The position numbers were made by a program, and so were the translations under genes. The notes beneath the pieces are model-generated. The model had not been told where the DNA came from. It did no database searches and saw only the letters and a list, made by a program, of their open reading frames with translations. Positions 19,744 to 31,170 of a stretch of DNA of 64,000 nucleotides are shown piece by piece. Source of the DNA: an uncultured Actinomycetota bacterium (GTDB lineage: Bacteria > Actinomycetota > Actinomycetes > JACCUZ01); NCBI GenBank assembly GCA_963751035.1, contig CAVVSW010000005.1, forward strand, positions 1,072,425 to 1,136,424, written 5' to 3'. Every line of letters starts with the position of its first letter. Positions within the stretch are counted from its first letter, which is position 1.

Positions 19744-21592
19744 CGGGTCTGAGCTGGTCTGCGCTGCGGGCAGATCCGCGGGCCGAGCCATCGGCGCGCT
19801 CGGCGGCGGGACCGACCCGACCGCCTTGCGCCGCCGCCAGGTTGAGCGCGGTGTGCACCAGCGCGAGGTGGCTGTAGGCCTGGGGCACGTTCCCTAGCTG
19901 GCGACCGATCCGCGGGTCGTACTCCTCCGCGAGCAGGCCCACGTCGTTGCGCAGCGCGAGCAGCCGTTCGAAGAGTGCCTCGCCGGCCTCCACCTGGCCG
20001 TCGAGGATCAGCCCGTCCGCCAGCCAGAAGCTGCAGGCCAGGAAGGCGCCCTCGTCGCCGGGCAGGCCATCGACACCCTCGTCGCCGTTGCGGTAGCGCA
20101 GCACGAACGTGTCGTCCATGGTGAGGTCCTGCTGGATCGCCCGCAACGTGCCCCGCACCCGCTCGTCCTCCGGCGGCAGGAAGCCCAGCTGCGGGATGAG
20201 CAGGAGCGAGGCGTCCAGCGCCTTCGATCCGTAAGACTGGGTGAAGGTGTTGCGCTTCGCGTCGTAGCCCTTCTCGCACACGTCGCGGTGGATCGCCGCC
20301 CGCAGCTCGCGCCAGCGGTCGACCGGTCCGTCCAGGCCAGTGGTCTCGACCGTGCGCACCGCCCGGTCGGCGGCCACCCAGGCCAGGACCTTGGAGTGCG
20401 TGAAGTGCTGCCGCTCTCCGCGGACCTCCCACAGCCCCTCGTCGGGCTGCTCCCAGCCAGACTCCAGCCAGTCCATCAGCTTCTTCTGGACCTTCCAGGC
20501 GTCCTCGTTGGGGTCCAGCCCGTAGGTGCGGGCCAGCCACAGCGTGTCCATCACCTCGCCGTAGACGTCGAGCTGGAGCTGGTCGACCGCGGCGTTCCCG
20601 ATGCGCACCGGACGGCTGTCCTCATATCCGGACAGCCATGGCAGCTCGGCCTCCGGGACCCGGCGCTCACCCGCGACGCCATAGAGGATCTGCAGACAGG
20701 ACGGTTCGCCGGCGATGGCGCGCAGCAGCCACTCCCGCCACGCGCACGCCTCGTCGGAGTAGCCGGTCTTGACGAGCGCCTGCAAGGTGAACGTCGCGTC
20801 GCGCAACCAGCAGAAGCGGTAGTCCCAGTTGCGCACTCCGCCGATGTGCTCCGGCAAGGACGTCGTGACCGCGGCAACGATCCCGCCGGTGGGCTGGTAG
20901 GTCATGCCCTTCAGCGTCGCCAGCGACTGCAGGACTGCATCGCGGTAGGGGCCGTCGTACGTGCACTTCGCCGACCATTCGGCCCAGTACTCCCGCGTCT
21001 GACGCAGGGCCTCGAGCGGATCGACGTGATGCGGCTTCTCGAGCCAGGACGGGTGCCAGGTGAGCACGAAGGAGACCTGCTCGCCGGGCTCGACGGAGAA
21101 GTCGGCGTACGACGCGAAGTCGCGCCCGTGATGGGGGACCGTCGAGGCGAGCCAGACCGAGTCGGGCCCGGCGACCGCCGCGATCAGTCCCTCCGTGTGG
21201 CGCACCCAGGGCACGATGCTGCCGTAGTCGAACCGCAGCCTCAGCTCGCTGCGCATCTCCACCCGGCCGGAGAGACCCTCCACGATGCGCACCACGTCGG
21301 GCGCCTCACCGCGTTCGGGCATGAAGTCGGTGACCCGCACCGATCCGGTCGGCGTGTCCCACTCCGACTCCAGGATCAGCGAGCCCTCGACGTACCGACG
21401 CCGGGTGCAGTCCTGTGCATCGACCGGGGAGACGCGCCACTGACCGTTGGTCTCGTCGCCCAGCAGCTCGGCGAAGCACGCACCGGAGTCGAAGCGCGGG
21501 AAGCACAGCCAGTCGATGGAGCCGTTGCGGCGGACCAGCCCGGCGGTCTGCATGTCGCTGATGAGCGCGTAGTCCTCGATGGGGGCGTGCAT
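19740..21592 (-). CDS. glycoside hydrolase family 15 protein (glucoamylase/trehalase-like); 3' end frame uncertain
   Basis: The protein is about 615 aa. It reads MHAPIEDYALISDMQTAGLVRRNGSIDWLCFPRFDSGACFAELLG…NWDYRFCWLRDATFTLQALV…GYEDSRPVRIGNAAVDQLQLDVYGEV…QAYSHLALVHTALNLA. These are hallmark GH15 (alpha/alpha)6 motifs. The listed ORF reads through to 19499. A frame change is needed to hit the stop near 19740. Confidence 0.8.
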
Positions 21593-21601
21593 CCGGCCTT
21601 C

Positions 21602-22366
21602 CTACCCGCTCACCGGTGCAGGCACCGCGACGGCGGGGCCGGGCGCGGACTCGCGCGCCTCCCTGCGAGCGAGCACGACCACACCGCCGAGCGCGATCGC
21701 GGCGAACACCCACCACTGGAAGGCGTAGGCGAGATGAGGGCCCAGCCCCGGGTCGGGCTCGGGCAGCGACCGTCGGGCTCGTGGCAGCGGCGGGTTGCTG
21801 CTCGACCAGCTCGCCGTAGCCGCCGTACACGTCGTACGGCAGCGTCTCGGCGATGGCCGGGACGTCGATGCGACGCACCTGGCCGACGAGCGGGGCTGCC
21901 TTGTGGTCGCTCGGCTCGCTCGGTCGCGCGCGCACGATGACGGTGACCTCGCCGGCGGGCGCGGCCGGGCACCTCGGGTCGGGTTCGGGCGGTCGCCCCG
22001 ACAGGCACCCACCCGCGGTTGACCAGCAGCGCCGGGCCGTCGTCGGTCACGAGCGGGGTCAGGACGAAGTAGCCGGTCGAGCCCTCCAGCGGCCGGTTGC
22101 GGACCAGGACCTCGTGCGCCTCGTCGTAGCGGCCGTGCGCCTCGACCCGCCGCCACTGCTCCGCAGCAGGCAGGGCACGACCGACGCCGAGAAGCGCCTG
22201 GGGGGAGACCGGTTCGGCGGCGACGTTCTCGTGCACCAGGTGGCTGCGGGCCTGCTTCTGGTGGAAGCGGTCCAGCTGCCAGAACCCGAGCGCCACGCAG
22301 CCGGCGGCCACGACGAGCGCGGCCGCGATCAGGCGGAGCCAGCGTGGGCTCAGCAGGAACCGGTAC
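21602..22366 (-). pseudogene. SURF1-family cytochrome oxidase assembly protein (two or more frameshifts)
   Basis: The pieces sit in three frames. The N-terminal piece reads V/MYRFLLSPRWLRLIAAALVVAAGCVALGFWQLDRFHQKQ…LVNRGWVP. The next reads …PLVGQVRRIDVPAIAETLPYDVYGGYGELVEQQ. The C-terminal piece reads …HLAYAFQWWVFAAIALGGVVVLARRE. Confidence 0.65.
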
Positions 22367-22416
22367 ACATCGTTGACGGTAACGCGGCGCCGGAGCCGGG
22401 CACGTAGTCTGGGGGA

Positions 22417-23403
22417 GTGCTGCTCGACACCTTTGGCCGCGTGGCCACCGACCTGCGGGTCTCGCTGACCGACCGCTGCAACCTGCGCTGCACCTACTGC
22501 ATGCCGCCCGAGGGTCTCGAGTGGCTGCCGTCGGACGAGGCACTGACCGACGACGAGGTGGTCCGGTTGGTGGGTGTGGCCGTGTCGGAGGGTGTCACCG
22601 AGGTGCGGTTCACCGGCGGCGAGCCACTGGTCCGTCGCGGCCTGGTCGACATCGTGCGTCGGGTGGCCGAGATGACTCCGCGCCCGCGGATCTCTCTCAC
22701 GACGAACGGCATCGGGTTGGCCCGTACGGCGAGCGCGCTGAAGGCCGCCGGGCTGAACCGGGTGAACGTGTCGCTGGACACCCTCGACGCGCAGCGGTTT
22801 GCCGAGCTGACCCGCCGCGACCGCTTCGCCGACGTCGTCGCCGGGCTCGAGGGTGCGACCGCAGCAGGACTGGACCCGGTCAAGGTCAACACGGTCCTGA
22901 TGCGCGGCGTCAATGACGACGAGGCCGTGGCGTTGCTGCGCTGGTGCCTCGAGCGCGGCTACCAGCTGCGGTTCATCGAGCAGATGCCGTTGGACGCCCA
23001 GCACGGCTGGGACCGCGCCGAGATGGTGACGGCCGCCGAGATCCTCGGGCGGCTGGCGGAGTCGTTCACCCTCACGCCGGCCGGCTCGGAGGACCGGGGC
23101 AGCGCGCCGGCCGAGACGTGGCTCGTCGACGGTGGTCCGGCTCGCGTTGGCGTGATCGGCAGCGTCACCCGGCCGTTCTGTGGGACTTGTGACCGGGTGC
23201 GGCTGACGGCCGACGGTCAGATCCGCAACTGCCTGTTCGCCCGCGAGGAGTCCGACCTGCGCGGCCCGATGCGAGCCGGCGCCAGTGACGACGAGCTCGC
23301 CGCGCGGCTGCGTGCGGCACTGCACGCCAAGAAGGCCGGCCACGGCATCGACGACCCCGGGTTCCTCCAGCCGTCTCGACCGATGTCAGCGATCGGCGGT
23401 TAG
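22417..23403 (+). CDS. moaA: GTP 3',8-cyclase MoaA (radical SAM; molybdenum cofactor biosynthesis)
   Basis: The protein is 328 aa. It reads LRVSLTDRCNLRCTYCMP (CxxxCxxC radical SAM cluster)…VRFTGGEPLVRR…. The C-terminal auxiliary cluster is CGTCDRVRLTADGQIRNCLF. Confidence 0.9.
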   Translation: MLLDTFGRVATDLRVSLTDRCNLRCTYCMPPEGLEWLPSDEALTDDEVVRLVGVAVSEGVTEVRFTGGEPLVRRGLVDIVRRVAEMTPRPRISLTTNGIGLARTASALKAAGLNRVNVSLDTLDAQRFAELTRRDRFADVVAGLEGATAAGLDPVKVNTVLMRGVNDDEAVALLRWCLERGYQLRFIEQMPLDAQHGWDRAEMVTAAEILGRLAESFTLTPAGSEDRGSAPAETWLVDGGPARVGVIGSVTRPFCGTCDRVRLTADGQIRNCLFAREESDLRGPMRAGASDDELAARLRAALHAKKAGHGIDDPGFLQPSRPMSAIGG

Positions 23404-23420
23404 GCACTCGTCGTACGACG

Positions 23421-23633
23421 TCACTGCGGCGTCCACTCGTCCAGCGGCACCGTCTCGCGCAGGAACCCCCGCATCTCGAGGAACTGCGCCAGCTGTTCCC
23501 GGTGCTGTTCGCAGGTCGCCCAAGCCTTGCGTCGCTCCGGGGTGTGCAGCTTGGGGTTGTTCCACGCCAGCACCCAGATCGCCTCGGCCCGGCAGCCCTT
23601 GGCCGAGCAGATGGGTGACTCGTCTGGTTGCAC
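23421..23633 (-). CDS. small conserved actinobacterial zinc-finger-like protein (DUF3499-like); start uncertain
   Basis: The protein reads …ICSAKGCRAEAIWVLAWNNPKLHTPERRKAWATCEQHREQLAQFLEMRGFLRETVPLDEW. It matches the Cx4C…CxxH pattern I associate with DUF3499. The ORF extends upstream to 23732 without an obvious start. Confidence 0.4.
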   Translation of the reverse strand: MQPDESPICSAKGCRAEAIWVLAWNNPKLHTPERRKAWATCEQHREQLAQFLEMRGFLRETVPLDEWTPQ

Positions 23634-23789
23634 GTCGGCAAGTCTCCCAGCCCTGGCGCTGAGCCGCTTCCGCGACAGAAACCGGTGGGAAATGGGCGAT
23701 GCCGGGCAGCCACGGGGGGAGCCGCCCGGCATCGCGTCTACGCGGTCACGGAAGCGTTCTCCGGATCGCTCAGCCGGAGTATTGCACGC

Positions 23790-24112
23790 TTATCTGTCAC
23801 GTGAGGCAGGTCCCTCGATCGCCTTGGGCGTTGTTGCCGTCATGCCCGAAAAGGTCTCGATGCGTTCCCGCCCGCTGTTGGCGAACACGACGGACAGATA
23901 GGGCAGAACGACCGCGGCGGCGATCATCACCCAGCGCAGCCAGCCATCTGTGAAGACCGCGAGCAGGAAGCAGACGGTCCGCACTCCCATGGAAATCAGG
24001 TAGCGGCGGGTCCGGCTGTTGACGTCGTCGCGCACGCCGGGCCGGGCACCCGTGATCTGGTGGATCGGCGGGCGGTCGCGCCGCCAGAGGCTGGCCGGTC
24101 CGCGGAAGGACG
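23790..24112 (-). CDS. DUF3099-like small membrane protein
   Basis: The protein reads …RPPIHQITGARPGVRDDVNSRTRRYLISMGVRTVCFLLAVFTDGWLRWVMIAAAVVLPYLSVVFANSG. It has two TM helices after a basic N-terminus, which is the typical actinobacterial DUF3099 layout. The start is probably GTG near 24112. Confidence 0.45.
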
Positions 24113-24291
24113 TCACTCCTCCACAGTAGGTCAGCCGTGGCGGAACGCACCGTCCAGGATCCTCTGCACCGTGGTGAAAGAGATTCTCCGGCGCAGGTAT
24201 CTGGCAGGGCGATGTATTTCTGGCACCCCGATGACCCTCCCTCCTCGGACGAGTGCACCCGGCACTCAAACAAGGACGGAAGAGGCTCAAC

Positions 24292-24780
24292 ATGAAGCTC
24301 GACTCGATGAAGCGGCGCGTGGCAGCGGTCGGCCTGGTGGCCGCGAGCGTGCTCGCTGGAGTGGGTGCCACCACTGCTCTCGGTGGTGCCGCGCAGGCCA
24401 TCCCGCTGTACGAGAAGTCCTGCAAGCTCGACGTTGCCAGCAACACGGCAGTCAACGGCTGGCGTGCGGTGAACTCGTCAGTGCGCGTGGTGAACAACGT
24501 CGGCCGCTACGTCGTGGTCAACTTCAACGCCGACGCCGGCGTGGACTCCCTCGCGGAGATCCGCCTGGGCTACCGCGTCGACTCCGGCCCGATCCAGCTC
24601 GTCGGTGCGCAGAACTTCGCAAACCACACCGAGTACTGGCAGACCCGGCACAGCATGGTCGTGCTGTCCGTCCCCGCCGGCACCCACACCATCCGGCCGT
24701 ACTGGCGGATCAGCGGTGCCCCTGGCAAGAACGGCATCATCGCGGCTCGCTGCCTGACGGCTGAGGCCTACACGCACTGA
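24292..24780 (+). CDS. hypothetical secreted protein (Sec signal peptide, beta-rich; no recognised domain)
   Basis: The protein reads MKLDSMKRRVAAVGLVAASVLAGVGATTALGGAAQA / IPLYEKSCKLDVASNTAVNGW…RISGAPGKNGIIAARCLTAEAYTH. There is a clear signal peptide with an AQA cleavage site and two Cys in the mature part. A long perfect hairpin follows it. Confidence 0.5.
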   Translation: MKLDSMKRRVAAVGLVAASVLAGVGATTALGGAAQAIPLYEKSCKLDVASNTAVNGWRAVNSSVRVVNNVGRYVVVNFNADAGVDSLAEIRLGYRVDSGPIQLVGAQNFANHTEYWQTRHSMVVLSVPAGTHTIRPYWRISGAPGKNGIIAARCLTAEAYTH

Positions 24781-24789
24781 TCGCCTGAC

Positions 24790-24835
24790 ACGGAACGAGG
24801 GGGTTGGAGCATCGGCTCCGACCCCCTCGTTCCGT
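24790..24835 (+). terminator. 21-bp near-perfect stem-loop (intrinsic-terminator-like) right after the secreted-protein gene
   Basis: The left arm is aCGGAACGAGGGGGTTGGAGC (24790-24810). The loop is atcg. The right arm is GCTCCGACCCCCTCGTTCCGt (24815-24835). There is one G-U wobble. No strong U-tract follows. Confidence 0.5.
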
Positions 24836-24911
24836 TGTCACGAAAACGCGAGTCGCGGGGGCGGGCAGGCGCTGTAATGAGCGGTAGTCGTGAGTGAGGA
24901 GAGATCTTCAG

Positions 24912-25676
24912 ATGCCGAAGTTCGGTGACCAGAAAATCAAGGTCGGTGAGTACTCGAACGGCCGGGCGAAGTACGTCACGCGTCGCCATTACGCCAAGAT
25001 CAAGATGGCCGAGAAGCGACTCGGCTACCCGATCACCGTTGTGCAGGGCAGCTATCACACCGGCGTACCAGCCTCCGCCGGCACGCACGACAAGGGCGGT
25101 TGCCTCGACCTCGCGCCCTTCGAGTGGAAGCGCAAGTGCCGGGTCTTCCGCGAGCTCGGCGACACCGCTTGGCATCGCAGCGCCCGCCCGGACGTGTGGA
25201 ACGAACACATCCACACCGTCGATCTGGGCTGCTCGAACCTCGCTCACATCAGCAAGCAGCAGGTGAAGGACTACCGCAACAAGCTCGACGGTCTGAAGAA
25301 CCCCAAGCCGGACCCCCAGTGGCGGCCGGACCCGATCCCCGAGTTCAAGCTGACCCTCGCCATGATCGGGACGCTGTGGCCACAGAGCAAGGTCCGACGG
25401 GTCCGGCGGGTGGACCTGAACAAGGCCCGCGAGCAGGCCGAGTCCGCAAACCCCACGCCGAATGCCGGCGTGAAGCTGATCCAGCGAGCGCTGAACAAGG
25501 CAATCGGCGCCAAGCTTCTGGTTGACGGCAAGTTCGGCGAGGTCACCAAGAAGGCCTACACCGCGTTTCAGAAGTCGCTCGGCCTCACCGGGGACGACGC
25601 CGACGGTCTGCCCGCACCCTTCAGCCTGGGGAAGCTCTCGAAGACTCGGGGCGCGCGGTTCACGATCACCCAGTAA
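24912..25676 (+). CDS. LAS-superfamily (peptidase M15-like) zinc peptidoglycan peptidase with a C-terminal PG_binding_1 domain; endolysin-like, no signal peptide
   Basis: The N-terminal domain reads …GSYHTGVPASAGTHDKGGCLDLA (HxxGxCxDL = HxxGxAxD-type zinc site)…WNEHIHTVD (ExxH). The C-terminal domain reads …GVKLIQRALNKAIGAKLLVDGKFGEVTKKAYTAFQKSLGLTGDDADGLP, which is the classic peptidoglycan-binding repeat. GC is lower than in flanking genes. Confidence 0.65.
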   Translation: MPKFGDQKIKVGEYSNGRAKYVTRRHYAKIKMAEKRLGYPITVVQGSYHTGVPASAGTHDKGGCLDLAPFEWKRKCRVFRELGDTAWHRSARPDVWNEHIHTVDLGCSNLAHISKQQVKDYRNKLDGLKNPKPDPQWRPDPIPEFKLTLAMIGTLWPQSKVRRVRRVDLNKAREQAESANPTPNAGVKLIQRALNKAIGAKLLVDGKFGEVTKKAYTAFQKSLGLTGDDADGLPAPFSLGKLSKTRGARFTITQ

Positions 25677-25890
25677 GCGGCCGGCGGACGAGCGCACGAG
25701 CGTCGCCCTCCGCTTCGGCGCGAGGGGTGCTGGCGCATCAGCCGGGGTGGGGCTCGGCAAGCCGGCCGACCAGCCGCCTCGATTTGTGCAGGTTTCGACG
25801 ACCGGCCACGCAGTCAGGACTAGCGAGTCACAGAGTGGCGTATTCCGCTGGCAACCAGCCCAATAGAAGAGCAGACTTTCGCCAGGAGCG

Positions 25891-26640
25891 ATGCCGTTGG
25901 AGGTTGCCGTGTCGAATCCGGTTCCTGGCCACACTGTCAAGACCCCCTTCCACAAGCGCGGGCCCGACTGGAAGACCTGCAAGGTCCGTAACAAGGACAC
26001 CAAGGACCAGACGGCGCTGCACACCGGCGTGGACATCCCCGCACCGAAGGGGACTCCCGTGGTCGCCGCCCGCGCAGGTGTGACCAAGCACGTCGACTTC
26101 GGTCCCTCGTTCGGGACCAGACAGCTCGCGGTCCTCTGCGACGACGGGACGGAGGACTTCTACGCCCACATGTCCAGCCGAAAGCCGGGCGGGCGGAAGG
26201 TGAAGGCCGGCGACAAGATCGGCGAGGTCGGGAACTCCAGTAGTACGCCGGGGCTCGGGTTTCACCTGCACTTCGAGCGGCACAAGAAGCACGCGGCGAA
26301 CTGGGGCTGCGGCATCGTCGTCAACCCTGAGCCCTCACTGCGAGCAGGCGAGAACACGAAGGCTGCGAGCAGCCCTCGCGTGCTTCTGTCGGAACTGCGG
26401 TTCGGCACGAAGAGCTCGAACTCCGTCCGACGGCTGCAGAGGACGCTGAACAAGCACCGCGAACCCGAGGACCCGAAGGTGTCGCCCACCGGCAACTACC
26501 TGGTCGACACCGACGCGGCCGTGCGCCGGTGCCAAGAGAGGCACAACTTCGGCGCCGACCCCGTCAAGAAGTCATTCGTCGGGCCACTGCAGGCGGCGCA
26601 CCTGTTCGCCAACACGAAGAACATCGTGGACGACCTCTAA
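25891..26640 (+). CDS. peptidase M23 (LytM-type) family protein with a C-terminal peptidoglycan-binding-like domain; endolysin-like, no signal peptide
   Basis: The HxxxD motif is HTGVDIPAPKGTPVVAARAG. The HxH motif is GNSSSTPGLGFHLHFERH. The C-terminal 80 aa read …VRRLQRTLNKHREPEDPKVSPTGNYLVDTDAAVRRCQERHNFG…, which resembles a PG_binding_1 repeat. Confidence 0.75.
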   Translation: MPLEVAVSNPVPGHTVKTPFHKRGPDWKTCKVRNKDTKDQTALHTGVDIPAPKGTPVVAARAGVTKHVDFGPSFGTRQLAVLCDDGTEDFYAHMSSRKPGGRKVKAGDKIGEVGNSSSTPGLGFHLHFERHKKHAANWGCGIVVNPEPSLRAGENTKAASSPRVLLSELRFGTKSSNSVRRLQRTLNKHREPEDPKVSPTGNYLVDTDAAVRRCQERHNFGADPVKKSFVGPLQAAHLFANTKNIVDDL

Positions 26641-26681
26641 GGGTCACTAACGGAAGAGAGGTGTAGGGCCGCGCCAACGGC

Positions 26682-28088
26682 TCAGGAGGCTTGGCTCACC
26701 GAGGACATGTTGAAGTCGGCGATCCGCCAGGCCGGCATTGCCGTACGGGTGAAGTAGTCGTTCCACTCGCGGGCCAGCGTCCGCTCGGTCAGGCCCACCT
26801 CGGCGAGGCGGCCGAGCAGGGCAACGGGGCTCTCGTTGAACCGGAAGTTGTTGACCTCCGCGACGACCTCGCCGCCTTCGACCAGGTAGACGCCGTCGCG
26901 GGTGAGCCCGGTCAGCAGGAGGGTCTGGGGCTCCACCTCGCGGATGTACCAGAGGCAGGTCAGCAGCAAGCCGCGCTCGGTGTCGGCGATCATCGCCTCC
27001 AGACCCCGGGTCGCGTCGCGCTGACTCGAACAGCAGGTTGTCCACGCCCGGTGTGAACGGCAGGCCGGTCAGCTCGGCCGAGTGCCGCGTCTGCATCAGG
27101 GCGGTCAGCGAGCCGTCGTTGAGCCAGTCGGTCGAGTTGATCGGCAGGCCGTTGTCGAACACCGACTGGGCTGCGTTGGACGAACCCGCGACGACGAACG
27201 GCTCGCACTCGAGCCCCTCTGCGGCGGGGTCGCTCCACATCCGCACGGGCGTCTCGGTGAGGCGCTCGCCCACCCGCGTGCCACCGCCGGCACGGCTGAA
27301 CACGGTTTTGCCGTCGTTGGCGTCACGCGCGACCGAGGACCAGTACTGGTAGATGAGCAGGTCGGCCACGGCGCTGGGAGGGAGCAGCGTCTCGTAGCGA
27401 CCGGCGGGCAGGTCGACGCGCCGCTGCGCCCAGCCCAGCCTGCGGCGCACCTCTGCGTCCAGCGCCGACACGTCCACGTCGGTGAAGTCGCGGGTGCCCT
27501 GGCCCACCCAGGTCGAGCGACTCCAGTCAGCAGACTTCCCGGTCAGCTCGATGCGACCCGACGGCTGGGCGTGGCGCCGGCGGAGACCGGTGGACGTCGC
27601 CAGATAGGCCGTCTCGACATAGTGCTCGGCGAAGCCGAACAGGTCACGCTGGTCGCCGCGGGCAGCCGTGAACGCCTCCCCGAGCGCAGGCGCGACGTCA
27701 CCGAAGACGCCGATGGACGTCTCGGTCGGCGGGTCGTCCCAGGTCGCGTCGGCACCCTCAGCCTCCGGGAGCGGGCGTGCGTCCTCCGCGGACCGCGACT
27801 CCTGGGCCTTGGCCTCGGCGGCGCGCACGATCGACTCGACCTCGTCCAGGCCGACGTTGCTGCGCGAGACCACGCCGGCAGCCGTCCCCTCCTGCCCGCC
27901 GATCGTCGCGATCACGGTGAGGGTCCGCCCGCGGGTCACGCCGTTGGTCGTCAGGGTGTTGCCGGCCCAGCGCAGGTTTGCCTCGCTGGTCTCCTCGGCG
28001 ATCACCACGCAGCCGTCGGCGATGGAGATCTCCAGGGCGCGCTCGGCGAGCTCCTGCGGCCGAAGCGCGGAGCCGGTCGACGCGGTGC

Positions 28089-28092
<4 letters not shown>
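26682..28092 (-). pseudogene. pmbA: TldE/PmbA family metalloprotease modulator (frameshift near 27000)
   Basis: The N-terminal 370 aa (MSTASTGSALRPQELAERALEISIADGCVVIAEETSEANLRWAGNTLTTNG…) and the C-terminal 103 aa (…GLLLTCLWYIREVEPQTLLLTGLTRDGVYLVEGGEVVAEVNNFRFNESP…) lie in different frames. It is translationally coupled to tldD. Confidence 0.8.
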
Positions 28093-30395
<2,303 letters not shown>

Positions 30396-30396
30396 G

Positions 30397-31164
30397 ATGG
30401 GACTGCTCGACGGCAAGCGCATCCTGATCACGGGCGTGCTGATGGACTCGTCCATCGCCTTCCACGTGGCGCGGATCGCGCAGCAGGAGGGCGCCGAGGT
30501 GGTGCTCACCTCCTTCGGGCGCACGATGCGGATCACGCAGACGATCGCCAAGCGGCTACCCAGCACCCCACCGGTGATCGAGCTCGACGCCAGCAACGCC
30601 GATGACTTCGCCGCTATGGCCGACCGGGTGCGCGAGCACGTCGACGGCCTCGACGGGGTGCTGCACTCGATCGGCTTCGCCCCGGAGGCCGCGCTCGGCG
30701 GCAACTTCCTCAACACGGAGTGGCCCGACGTGGCGACGGCGGTGCAGATCTCGGCGTACTCGTTGAAGGCGCTCGCGGTCGCCGCACAACCACTGATGCC
30801 CGCAGGCGGCGCGGTGGTCGGACTCACTTTCGATGCGACGGTCGCCTGGCCGAAGTACGACTGGATGGGTGTGGCCAAGGCGGCGTTCGAGTCGACCGCG
30901 CGCTACCTCGCGCGCGACCTGGGGCCGAAGGAGATCCGCGTCAACCTGGTGGCCGCCGGGCCGCTGAAGACGACCGCGGCCAAGTCGATCCCGGGGTTCG
31001 AGGAGTTCGAGGGTGTCTGGTCGACCCGCGCCCCGCTGACGTGGGACATCTCCGACTTCGAGCCGGCGGCGCGGGCGTGCGTGGCACTGATGTCGGACTG
31101 GTTCCCGCGCACCACCGGGGAGATCGTGCACGTCGACGGCGGCGTGCACGCCATGGGCGCCTGA
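30397..31164 (+). CDS. inhA: NADH-dependent enoyl-[ACP] reductase (InhA/FabI)
   Basis: The protein reads MGLLDGKRILITGVLMDSSIAFHVARIAQQEGAEVVLTSFGR…LDGVLHSIGFAP…YDWMGVAKAAFESTARYLARDLGPKEIRVNLVAAGPLKT. It has the InhA signature, with the catalytic Y and K in YxxMxxAK. It starts 2 nt after the fabG stop. Confidence 0.85.
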   Translation: MGLLDGKRILITGVLMDSSIAFHVARIAQQEGAEVVLTSFGRTMRITQTIAKRLPSTPPVIELDASNADDFAAMADRVREHVDGLDGVLHSIGFAPEAALGGNFLNTEWPDVATAVQISAYSLKALAVAAQPLMPAGGAVVGLTFDATVAWPKYDWMGVAKAAFESTARYLARDLGPKEIRVNLVAAGPLKTTAAKSIPGFEEFEGVWSTRAPLTWDISDFEPAARACVALMSDWFPRTTGEIVHVDGGVHAMGA

Positions 31165-31170
31165 CGGACC

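Noticed and set aside
22367-22416. Molybdenum-cofactor riboswitch upstream of moaA
   Set aside because: Only about 50 bp separate the divergent surf1 start and moaA. That is far too short for the roughly 130-nt Moco RNA motif, and no conserved motif segments were seen.
21610-23343. 577-aa ORF spanning the SURF1 region and running antisense through moaA
   Set aside because: Only the 21610-22366 portion matches SURF1 (in one of its frames). The remainder is antisense to the strongly supported moaA.
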